NCBI GenBank assembly: GCA_017645955.1
Contig: JAGCNM010000037.1
Coordinates: 1 to 61,782, forward strand
Reading direction: 5' to 3'
Length of the DNA: 61,782 nt
Source of the DNA: Candidatus Saccharimonadota bacterium
GTDB lineage: Bacteria; Patescibacteriota; Saccharimonadia; Saccharimonadales; Saccharimonadaceae
In this document: one piece after another, positions 9,923 through 18,367 of the stretch
Layout: every line of letters begins with the position of its first letter
Numbering within the stretch: position 1 is the stretch's first letter
Notes under the pieces: model-generated
Seen by the model: the letters and a program-made list of their open reading frames with translations, nothing else
What the model was told of the DNA's origin: nothing
Databases searched by the model: none
Translations under genes and position numbers: made by a program

Positions 9923-11290
9923 ATGGGAAAGAAATACGATTTTGAATACATAGTAATCGGTAGTGGGCCAGCTGGTTCTGCTGCCGCTTTAATACTTGCA
10001 AAAACAAAGAAAAAAGTTGCGCTTATTGAAGGAAGATTCTTTGGCGGTTCAAATCTAAACACTCGTGATGTCCCCTACTCAATTGCCCTAGACTTCTCTC
10101 ATACTTATTCTAAAATACTAACTCTCCCGGAATTTAAAAACCAAGATTTCTCTTTTGGCCTTCCAACTGCCGTCTCCCATCAACTAAAAACAGTCATTAA
10201 TACTGGTGGCAATAATCAAAAACCTTTTGAAGATGCTCATATAACATGTATTAAAGGATATGCGAATTTTCTTGATCAAAACACAGTCGCTGTTGGCGAA
10301 AAGAAATATACCGCATCTTCCTTTATTATCGCAACCGGCTCTAGGTTAAAGACTCTTGAAATCGCTGGAACTAAAACTGTTAGCCATTTAACCCCCGACA
10401 ACGCTCTTAAAGTCCGTCGTCTCCCGAAGGTCGCTGTTGTTGTCGGCGGTGGCTCAACCGGATGCGAAATCGCTGAATATTATGCTGAATTAGGCGTGAA
10501 AGTCATTATTCTCGAAACCGCAAGTCGTCTTCTCCCACGAGAAGATAAAGAAGTTGGCGACCTTATGACAAACTACTTCACAAACGAACTCGGAATCATG
10601 GTTTGCCCGAATTGCAAAGTCGTCGCTCTTGAACAAGACGCTAGCAGTAAACGTGTTATCTTCCAAAACGCCCGTTCTGAAAAAATGGTTCGAACCGATT
10701 GCGTCATCCTCGCAACAGGAAGCACTCCCGCTCTTGACCTCGGACTTGAAAACGCGAATGTAAAATATAAAAATAGCGGTATTATTGTTGATAAATATTT
10801 CCAAACCTCCGCGAAAAACATTTACGCCGTCGGCGATTGTCTTGGTGACGAATCCTCTTCTACTGAACGTGCCGATTACGAAGGTACTCTTGTAGCTTCA
10901 AATATAGTAAATCATGGCAAAACACTTGCAAACTACAACGGCTTCATCCGCTCGACCGAAACTGCTCCTGAAATCGCGACCGTTGGCCTAAACGAAGACG
11001 ATCTTATGAAACGTGATCGCAAATACTTAAAATCGACTATAGAGCTAAACGAGATTATTGCCGGAAAAATCTTTAACGCAAATTATGGTTTCGTTAAACT
11101 TCTAGCTAATAAAAATCTCCAAATCCTCGGCGCAACAATTGTCTCTCCAAACGCTAAATACATCGCTGAAGAAATCGCTGTTGCAATTCGTCATAATCTC
11201 ACTGCTCTCGAACTAGCCAGCACCCCACATCCAATCAACAGCTATAACTACGCAGTCAAATTAGCGGCCAAAGCCTTAATTAAAAAATAG
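9923..11290 (+). CDS. class I pyridine nucleotide-disulfide oxidoreductase homolog lacking the redox cysteines
   Basis: IGSGPAG, IATGS, VGGGSTGCE, T..NIYAVGD and dimerisation domain; GGSNLNTRDVP replaces GGxCLNxGCIP. Confidence 0.85.
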   Translation: MGKKYDFEYIVIGSGPAGSAAALILAKTKKKVALIEGRFFGGSNLNTRDVPYSIALDFSHTYSKILTLPEFKNQDFSFGLPTAVSHQLKTVINTGGNNQKPFEDAHITCIKGYANFLDQNTVAVGEKKYTASSFIIATGSRLKTLEIAGTKTVSHLTPDNALKVRRLPKVAVVVGGGSTGCEIAEYYAELGVKVIILETASRLLPREDKEVGDLMTNYFTNELGIMVCPNCKVVALEQDASSKRVIFQNARSEKMVRTDCVILATGSTPALDLGLENANVKYKNSGIIVDKYFQTSAKNIYAVGDCLGDESSSTERADYEGTLVASNIVNHGKTLANYNGFIRSTETAPEIATVGLNEDDLMKRDRKYLKSTIELNEIIAGKIFNANYGFVKLLANKNLQILGATIVSPNAKYIAEEIAVAIRHNLTALELASTPHPINSYNYAVKLAAKALIKK

Positions 11291-11332
11291 ATTGAAATTA
11301 TCTTTCAATCTATTCCTAAACTGACTTTATTT

Positions 11333-11409
11333 TGGTGGCGGGGGTTGGATTTGAACCAACGACCTTTTGGTTATGAGCCAAACGAGCTACCAGGCTGCTC
11401 TACCCCGCG
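11333..11409 (-). tRNA. initiator tRNA-fMet(CAU)
   Basis: CGCGGGG 5' end with C1:A72 mismatch, loop CTCATAA, encoded CCA. Confidence 0.93.
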
Positions 11410-11462
11410 TCGTGTACACTATTATACACGAAATCCAATATTTGTCAATCTAGCCAATCAGC

Positions 11463-12872
11463 TTAACAAGTCGGTCCGCCGAATGCAGGTGTCCACTCAC
11501 ATGTAACGACTCCCGGCTTCTGCAGTAGAGAATTATCATCATCACCAAGCAATTCAAGCGCATAAAGCGGGAATGGGAAGAATGCATCAGCCGAATCAAG
11601 TCTCGCCTCTACCCTTCGATAAAGGTTATTTGCACGACCAGTTGAGTCAATCTCAATTTGCATTCCATCAAGCGTTGCCGGTTTCTTTTCCGTACTAGAT
11701 CCACCGCCACTTACAACTTCCTGACCACAAGGCAAATCATCTCTACAATAGAACTCTAATGCGAAACTTGTATTTGGTTGCCCATAAGGAAGCGAAACAA
11801 CAAACATAAATGTCTCATCACTTCGAGCTCCGCCAACCGGATTAGGTAATGTCATTGTTGCTGAACAGGCAAATTCAGAATTAGCCGTATCACAATAAAC
11901 CGCAATTGGTAAATTCTTAACTTTTCTATCATTTGATTTCACTAATAAATCAGCACCAATACTGTTAACATTGCTTGAATCATAAGCACTAATATAATTA
12001 CCCGCCGCATCATTATCGCTTCCATAAACCGTTGCTTTAGTCCTAGGATCAAGATAGTTTGTATTACCATTTGGTACTAAGAATAACGTCGCACGATCAG
12101 TTCCACCATTCGTTGATTCAAAATCTTTTAGTGAGAAAGTTGTCGCTGTTTGTACTAATCCTACCGAGATTACCGGAGGAATCGCCATCTCGGTATCGCT
12201 CTTCTTTAGTGAAGGAAAAGCTACTTTTTTGTTTTTTACATTACTAAATGTTGGTTCAAATTTGCTTGTCGATCGACGATCTTCTTCTGCAAACCAACTA
12301 ATTTTCACCTTATTAATGTCGCTTGCCTTAATTTTATTACCATTCTTATCAACACCAAGTCTCACTCTTACCACCCTCGTAGTATCTGCCTCGGTTAAAG
12401 TCGAACGATAATCTGACAAATCGGTATTAATCTGTGTACAAGTATAAGCCTGTTGCATATTATTCTTAGACCCAGAACCACTAGAAAGTTCTTCAATCAC
12501 AACTTCATGCGTATCACTTTCCTTAATCCTTCCCAAAATTCTTCCGACCATATCACAACCAGCCTCTTCTGGATGATTAATCCAATATATAATCTCACCA
12601 CATTCAATAACGCCATCGTTAACCACCAATTTCTCAGGTTTATTCTGACCAATACATTTCTGATAATTATAGTAAGCCAGCTTTGCATCCTCGATACCAG
12701 CAAGTGCCGAATCATAAGCCGACTGCGATAAGTCGTCATTCTCCGTGCGTGCCATTTCCGACAAAATGACTACCAAAAAGCTCACCGCTATTATTGTCAG
12801 GATTAACGTCGAAAACGCGACAATGTAAAACGACGCTGCACCTTTCTTAACTTTCATTTTTACCTCCTTCAT
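11463..12872 (-). CDS. PilX-like minor pilin
   Basis: KKGAASFYIV N-terminus, SQSAYDSALAGIEDA, C-terminal IDSTGR..RRVEARL. Confidence 0.75.
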   Translation of the reverse strand: MKEVKMKVKKGAASFYIVAFSTLILTIIAVSFLVVILSEMARTENDDLSQSAYDSALAGIEDAKLAYYNYQKCIGQNKPEKLVVNDGVIECGEIIYWINHPEEAGCDMVGRILGRIKESDTHEVVIEELSSGSGSKNNMQQAYTCTQINTDLSDYRSTLTEADTTRVVRVRLGVDKNGNKIKASDINKVKISWFAEEDRRSTSKFEPTFSNVKNKKVAFPSLKKSDTEMAIPPVISVGLVQTATTFSLKDFESTNGGTDRATLFLVPNGNTNYLDPRTKATVYGSDNDAAGNYISAYDSSNVNSIGADLLVKSNDRKVKNLPIAVYCDTANSEFACSATMTLPNPVGGARSDETFMFVVSLPYGQPNTSFALEFYCRDDLPCGQEVVSGGGSSTEKKPATLDGMQIEIDSTGRANNLYRRVEARLDSADAFFPFPLYALELLGDDDNSLLQKPGVVTCEWTPAFGGPTC

Positions 12873-12883
12873 TTTTTTTATTA

Positions 12884-13834
12884 CTATCCTCCAGTTGCCT
12901 GCGCGGCAAAATTAAATTTATTTATAGCACAATAATCGAAATTTTCAATTTCCCAATCGTCCGGCGTCGCACAAGTTCCACCAGTCTTTTTAATATTAAT
13001 ACCTCCCTGTATCGTCCCTAAAATAAACGAAACAGAATAAAACAAATTATTCTTCGTCGTGCTCTGCGCAGGAGTCGAAACATAAAAATCATAAAGCGCT
13101 AAACCACCACTTTTTTCATCTGAACCCAATAAATCAATCGGATTTTCAGTTACGACCTCGCTAATGCTACCAACAATATTGAATTCAGAACTAATACTAC
13201 TCGTATTATAATTTGCCCCCGCAGTCGCAATACAAACCGACCTTGATTCGTCTCGTACCTTAAGAAGTCTAAAATTACTACAAGTCATCGTCCCGCCGCT
13301 AGTCTTCTTGCATATATCACTTGTCGTAACTTTACTTCCCGGCTTAAACTTAAGTGTCGCCTTATTAACGCCCTGAATCTTATATGCAGTTGCTTCCTCG
13401 TTAAAGAAATACCCGGAGTTCCAAATATAAGAATAATCACCCGTACAAAACGCCCCAAACGCCGCAACAGTACCAAGCGAATCAGTCCCGCCACGGCCTT
13501 TTACTTCCGCTGTTCTTGTCACCGTAACGAAATCTCTACCTCCATTATTTACGCATTTTTTACCAGAATCACTTCCGCCCGTTGTATAAATATCCTCGTA
13601 CACAGTCGTACAGTCATCCACAACCGACTTTGCCGATGAATTCTGAATCGCAGCCCGAATATCGTCAACTACATCCATACCCACAGTATTAACTTGTTTC
13701 AATGTTATCCCTTTTCTATAAGAAGCAATCGTATCATTTATAATATATGCAACAGTTAAAGATAATACACCAATAAAAATCAACGATAGCGAAACCTCGA
13801 TTAAAGTAAATCCTTTCTTCTTTACTCTGCGCAT
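12884..13834 (-). CDS. type IV minor pilin (PilW-like)
   Basis: Class III signal KKGFTLIEV. Confidence 0.85.
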   Translation of the reverse strand: MRRVKKKGFTLIEVSLSLIFIGVLSLTVAYIINDTIASYRKGITLKQVNTVGMDVVDDIRAAIQNSSAKSVVDDCTTVYEDIYTTGGSDSGKKCVNNGGRDFVTVTRTAEVKGRGGTDSLGTVAAFGAFCTGDYSYIWNSGYFFNEEATAYKIQGVNKATLKFKPGSKVTTSDICKKTSGGTMTCSNFRLLKVRDESRSVCIATAGANYNTSSISSEFNIVGSISEVVTENPIDLLGSDEKSGGLALYDFYVSTPAQSTTKNNLFYSVSFILGTIQGGINIKKTGGTCATPDDWEIENFDYCAINKFNFAAQATGG

Positions 13835-14679
13835 CGATTACCAACCTTTACTCCGCTTACTACCGTATCGTCGTCCTGACCAATCATCTCAACCCCAGAT
13901 GCATTTCTTGCCCCCTCAATCAATCTAATATTTCGTCGTACACCTTTCCTGGTGCCACTTTGCGGATCTACGCAAAAATCAACCTGCTTAATCACAAACT
14001 TATGACCGCTCGTAGTAGTACCGTCATCTTGTGGTAAATACTTAGCTAGCGGATTCGGCAATGAACTCACGGCGCTCCTCAAAATCTGATTAACCTCAAT
14101 CGTTTCATCTAAAACATAAGTAAATACCGTTCCTGAACGAGGATGTCTAACAATTAATAAAGCTCCCTTAAAATCCTTATAAGGCCAACCTTTAGTCGTC
14201 TCAATTGCTGCTTCCCATCTCGGGAAATATTGATCGGCTATACCTGCATAAGTAAACCCACCGCCAGTTTTCTCAACAAATACATTAGCTTCAAGCCTTC
14301 TCAACTCCGTCAAAGTATCCCCAGAACCGAAACTATTATCAACTTTCCCGACAACTGTATAGGTATAAATTGCCTTACTTTTACCGTCGCTATTTAGATT
14401 ACTATTTCCTTCAAGATCCTTCGATTCCCCAAATGTTACTAATTTCCCATAAATCGCCCTATTTGATCTTCCACTAGACGTACTGCTATTTTCAACATTC
14501 ATCGTCTGAGAATAAACAGTTCGTAAAAACTCCGCAAACCCCTGCGTCGAATCATTATATTTCTGCTGAAACAATGAGTTTTGTATCCCCATTACAATCC
14601 CAATAAAAATAAGACCAGTAATCGCCAAAAACAGCGAAATCTCTACTAAAGTAAAACCATGTTTCACTTTTTGCCTCAT
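13822..14679 (-). CDS. type IV minor pilin
   Basis: Class III signal HGFTLVEI. Confidence 0.85.
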   Translation of the reverse strand: MRQKVKHGFTLVEISLFLAITGLIFIGIVMGIQNSLFQQKYNDSTQGFAEFLRTVYSQTMNVENSSTSSGRSNRAIYGKLVTFGESKDLEGNSNLNSDGKSKAIYTYTVVGKVDNSFGSGDTLTELRRLEANVFVEKTGGGFTYAGIADQYFPRWEAAIETTKGWPYKDFKGALLIVRHPRSGTVFTYVLDETIEVNQILRSAVSSLPNPLAKYLPQDDGTTTSGHKFVIKQVDFCVDPQSGTRKGVRRNIRLIEGARNASGVEMIGQDDDTVVSGVKVGNRCAE

Positions 14680-14716
14680 ACTATATATTATACCATAAGC
14701 ATTTTTAATTAAAACC

Positions 14717-15154
14717 CTAATAATTTGGGAATAGATACATCATCCATTTTTGAGCGTTAGAATACTTCTTCTCAACAACTTCTACCGAAGAATTCTTATA
14801 CTTATTTTTTGCAGCTTCCGAATTTTCTGGCAAAACTACCATATTTTCACCTTCAAGTTTCTTATCTAATTGCTTCCTTGCCAATAGTTCCTGATACTCA
14901 TCCGATTTATAATAGTCATTTTCAAGCTCCGCCGCCTCAACTTCAACTTTTAAAAGCTCTAGTGTCTTCTTTTCGGCAGTCAACTTTTCCGACAGTTCCC
15001 AGTTTCTAGACATTGCCTTAATCGACTGAAAAGTCCAAACTAAACACAAAATAATCGCTAGACCAAGCACCACATTCTCGATTGTAAAAAAATCATGATT
15101 TAACTTAAACTTCAATCTCCTCAACCAGTTCTTTATTTTGCTCACGCTTATCAT
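14717..15154 (-). CDS. FtsB/DivIC-like septum formation initiator; true start may be GTG at 15145
   Basis: One TM helix, coiled coil, EYQELLARKQL...EGE.MVVLP. Confidence 0.7.
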   Translation of the reverse strand: MISVSKIKNWLRRLKFKLNHDFFTIENVVLGLAIILCLVWTFQSIKAMSRNWELSEKLTAEKKTLELLKVEVEAAELENDYYKSDEYQELLARKQLDKKLEGENMVVLPENSEAAKNKYKNSSVEVVEKKYSNAQKWMMYLFPNY

Positions 15155-15185
15155 TATACCATTTTGTGGTAAAATAGGATAGCAG

Positions 15186-15262
15186 GGGGGTATAGCTCAG
15201 CTGGTCAGAGCATGCGTCTTATACACGCAGTGTCCTTGGTTCGAATCCAAGTACCCCCACCA
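15186..15262 (+). tRNA. tRNA-Ile(UAU)
   Basis: Acceptor GGGGGTA/TACCCCC, anticodon arm TGCGT-CTTATAC-ACGCA (anticodon TAT), GGTTCGAATCC, A discriminator, encoded CCA. Confidence 0.9.
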
Positions 15263-15264
15263 AT

Positions 15265-15299
15265 AAAAAAAGGACCCCGAGGGTCCTTTAGTTTTTTTA
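15265..15299. terminator. bidirectional terminator
   Basis: AAAGGACCC-CGA-GGGTCCTTT flanked by A/T runs. Confidence 0.75.
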
Positions 15300-15563
15300 T
15301 TAATCCTCAACTACTATTTCGTCATCAACGAAAATTGAACAATGGATTCTAACATCACCACCAACCGAAACTTTAATCCTCTTACCATCAGGTAAACTTC
15401 CAGTCAAATGTGGTACCGCGCCAAACATACCATAGAATACATCTTGCAGCTTATCATTAACGAATAATTTGGTAGTTGAAAACTTGTTCTCAACCCTAAT
15501 ATGATTTCCGTCAACATCTACGGACCAATTGTCGCTTTGTTTATTGATATTATCTACTTTCAT
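15300..15563 (-). CDS. hypothetical protein, 87 aa
   Basis: AAGGAG Shine-Dalgarno; beta-rich sequence. Confidence 0.65.
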   Translation of the reverse strand: MKVDNINKQSDNWSVDVDGNHIRVENKFSTTKLFVNDKLQDVFYGMFGAVPHLTGSLPDGKRIKVSVGGDVRIHCSIFVDDEIVVED

Positions 15564-15654
15564 TTTTTCTCCTTACAAAACACTATTATAACGCTTTAGC
15601 TTTAAACCATCAAAAAAGTGTTGTAAAAATTACAACACTTTTTTACACACCTAA

Positions 15655-15858
15655 CTATTTCTTCTTAAGAGTTAAGAAACCGTTGCGTGGATTCTCGCAA
15701 ACGACACGATCAGAAGGAAGATCACAAGGAGTACCCTTGCCACCATTCTCGTCCTTTGTAAAGAAATAAATCGTCTGAGGTTTGCCGCCGCGAAGAGTAA
15801 CTTCAGATTTGTGTAGGTAATATTTCACACCCTTACCGTTGGTATGTGCATAAGCCAT
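15655..15858 (-). CDS. hypothetical protein, 67 aa
   Basis: AAGGAGG Shine-Dalgarno, TTGACA/TATAAT promoter upstream, hairpin downstream at about 15612-15644. Confidence 0.75.
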   Translation of the reverse strand: MAYAHTNGKGVKYYLHKSEVTLRGGKPQTIYFFTKDENGGKGTPCDLPSDRVVCENPRNGFLTLKKK

Positions 15859-15935
15859 ATAAGCTTTCCTCCTTAAATTATTATAATCTAATCTTATGAT
15901 TACGCCATTTAATTGTCAAGAGGTTTTTAGAGGTT

Positions 15936-16607
15936 TTAAACAAAAAGTAAGGATAAACGGAGTATCAACCAGATAAGGAATCTTATAAAAATTACAACAA
16001 TGATAATTGCCGTAACCAGTAACATAAATCCAGTCAAAGTCGGCACAAAAATTGGCGAAGCATAATTCTTGCGGTAAAGTTCCGTCGAAGGTAAACTTGC
16101 GATTATTTTATCCTGAATCTCATCCGTTGCTGGATACTTATTAATCTCCGTCAACATACAATTGATAAAACGTGAATCATTCCAGGTCCACCCATTCTGC
16201 GCCGCCAAAGGCGAACAAACATCCGAAGCAAGCGCATAAACATTCCCGTTTGGATTATCGTCCGATCTAAGTTTGCTCTCCGCCTCCTTTAAGGCTGCGT
16301 TCGCCGCTCTAATGTACTGATGCTCAAGATAAAATGGCCCAGTCCCGAATGTAATCCTCTGTGTCCCATTATCTTCAACTATATTAATTACAATATTTGA
16401 AAACACAAATTTCTTCAGTTCATCAAGCGTCCTGGCAATCTCTTCATCATTCTCTGCTTCATCCGCCGCAAGCACCGCATCACGCAGTTTTGTCATCTTA
16501 ATATGATCCATCCTAAGAAGCGTCGCATCCAAAAATAAAACTGGAATCAAGATTAAAATCAGCTGCCAAGTTTTTATCTTAAACTTAGGTCGCCCACGCT
16601 TTTTCAT
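15936..16607 (-). CDS. membrane protein with N- and C-terminal TM segments
   Basis: Hydrophobic termini; leaderless -10 upstream. Confidence 0.7.
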   Translation of the reverse strand: MKKRGRPKFKIKTWQLILILIPVLFLDATLLRMDHIKMTKLRDAVLAADEAENDEEIARTLDELKKFVFSNIVINIVEDNGTQRITFGTGPFYLEHQYIRAANAALKEAESKLRSDDNPNGNVYALASDVCSPLAAQNGWTWNDSRFINCMLTEINKYPATDEIQDKIIASLPSTELYRKNYASPIFVPTLTGFMLLVTAIIIVVIFIRFLIWLILRLSLLFV

Positions 16608-16667
16608 ATAGCCATTATAACATTTTTATGCTTGCCTAATTATAAATCTTTTGCTAAAATAAACCCC

Positions 16668-16877
16668 ATCGCTCATAATTTTCCCAATGGACTATCATAG
16701 TCCTTCGCGAGGTGGGTCGGTCGTCGAGCGAAAAACATTAAGGAGAAACTTTGATACATGCGTATCATTAGACTAAAGCGAGTTACGACTCGCAAAAAGT
16801 CAAGCATCGCTCCTGCCGCTTGGCAAGAGTTTATCGAAATCTAACGATCAAAAAATCCCCGTAAAGGGGATTTTTTT
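16668..16877 (+). ncRNA. candidate structured RNA, unassigned family; may contain a 28-codon sORF
   Basis: TGCTAAAAT -10 upstream, at least 5 hairpins, ends in terminator AAAAAATCCCC-GTAAA-GGGGATTTTTTT. Confidence 0.45.
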
Positions 16878-16881
16878 GTTC

Positions 16882-17640
16882 TTACTCTTCAAGTTTCGCT
16901 GCTACTATTTTCTTTATCAATTTCATGAAATCTTCGCCGCTTTGCGCCTTATCCCACGCAATTTTCTTTCCATTCACGGTAACACTTCCCTCTTCACTCC
17001 AATTAATCCATTGTCCGTCAATAAAGAACGCCGGCGTTCCTGCAACGTCAATCCTCTTCCCAATCCCCATATCAAAACTAATCTTCTTAGATACTGCCTC
17101 ACTTGCAATATCTTTATTAAACTTATCTAAATCACCTTCACCATTTGTCACATCTTCAAAATACTGATTGAAGAGTTCTGTTCGTTTCGAAGGAGCCGCA
17201 TATTCCCAATCTGCTTGTTCCGCGAATAATTTATCCGCGTATTGTTTCCAATAACCTTGAAGCCCCGCCGCTTCCGCCGCTGAAGCCGCCGCCGTTCCGT
17301 TTTGATGATAAGACAATAAGAAACTGCGATAAACGATTGCGAGCTTACCGTCAAGTTCCTCAACTAGTTTGTTTACCTTCGGATTAACCGAAGCGCAACC
17401 AGGACACTGATAATCTGCATACTCGAATATTAAAACCGGCGCGTTCGGGTCACCTTTCACGTGGTCAGCGATGTTTCCATTATCCCTCGTAGCTTCAATT
17501 ACTGAATAAAAATCATATTTATCATAATCCGTCGCTTTATTATTCCCATCAATCACCTTATAAGCACCAAATCCAATTAAAGCAACAACCACAACACCTA
17601 TTACCACACCTGCAACAGAAAAACCTTTAAACTTTTTCAT
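16882..17640 (-). CDS. DsbA-family thioredoxin-fold protein
   Basis: N-terminal TM helix, EYADYQCPGC, VAGTPAFFIDG. Confidence 0.9.
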   Translation of the reverse strand: MKKFKGFSVAGVVIGVVVVALIGFGAYKVIDGNNKATDYDKYDFYSVIEATRDNGNIADHVKGDPNAPVLIFEYADYQCPGCASVNPKVNKLVEELDGKLAIVYRSFLLSYHQNGTAAASAAEAAGLQGYWKQYADKLFAEQADWEYAAPSKRTELFNQYFEDVTNGEGDLDKFNKDIASEAVSKKISFDMGIGKRIDVAGTPAFFIDGQWINWSEEGSVTVNGKKIAWDKAQSGEDFMKLIKKIVAAKLEE

Positions 17641-17673
17641 GAAAACTCCTTTAAATGTTATAATTATTATATC

Positions 17674-18249
17674 ATGTTCGAAAGATTAATGAGAAAGTTC
17701 GTTAAGTTTATCGACCCAAAACTCGAAAAATATCGCGCTAAGAAAGCGCCTACGAAATTGCCGAAATATACCCCGAAAACTCTTGAAGAATTCATTGGCG
17801 TCCTCCAACGCACCCCTAAAACCATCTTAAGTTCTGACGACCGCGACCATATCGCCGCCGTCATGAGTTTTGATTCTCGTAAAGTTGTTGACCTCATGAT
17901 TCCGAAAGAGAAGATGGTTTTTGTCCATCAAAAAGATTTCCTCGGCCCATTAACTCTTGATAAATTATATAAATCCGGTTACACGAATTTTCCGGTCGTC
18001 GACGATAAAGATAAAGTCAAGGGGATTATTCACACCGAAGCCTTAAATGCTCTTGAGATTAAAAAAACCGACCGTGCCGAAAAATATCTCGATAAGAACG
18101 TCTGCTATTTACATATTGACAATTCATTACAGTTCGCCGTCGAAGAAATCGAAAGAACGAATAGCTATTACTTCCTCGTTCTCGACTCCTCCGATTCCCT
18201 CGCCGGCTTCTTCACTGTCCAAATGCTTCTAGACTATCTACTAGGATAA
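17674..18249 (+). CDS. CBS-domain protein (hemolysin/CorC-like CBS pair)
   Basis: VVDLMIPKEKM, SGYTNFPVVD, VKGIIH. Confidence 0.8.
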   Translation: MFERLMRKFVKFIDPKLEKYRAKKAPTKLPKYTPKTLEEFIGVLQRTPKTILSSDDRDHIAAVMSFDSRKVVDLMIPKEKMVFVHQKDFLGPLTLDKLYKSGYTNFPVVDDKDKVKGIIHTEALNALEIKKTDRAEKYLDKNVCYLHIDNSLQFAVEEIERTNSYYFLVLDSSDSLAGFFTVQMLLDYLLG

Positions 18250-18352
18250 AGTGTAAGAAAAATCCTATGGTGTTCTTAGGACCTTGAAGACTTGGCCTGA
18301 GTGGCCCGGAGCGTGTCCGAAGGACACGTATAGGATTTTTCTTACACTTTAT
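18246..18352. repeat. 107-bp branched palindrome with perfect 23-bp arms
   Basis: ATAAAGTGTAAGAAAAATCCTAT (18246-18268) and its exact reverse complement (18330-18352), with inner stems. Confidence 0.9.
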
Positions 18353-18367
18353 GGTATAATATACTCT

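Noticed and set aside
18284-18367. N-terminal extension of AspRS from TTG 18284
   Set aside because: It is read through the intergenic palindrome and promoter; ATG 18368 follows the -10 at leaderless spacing.
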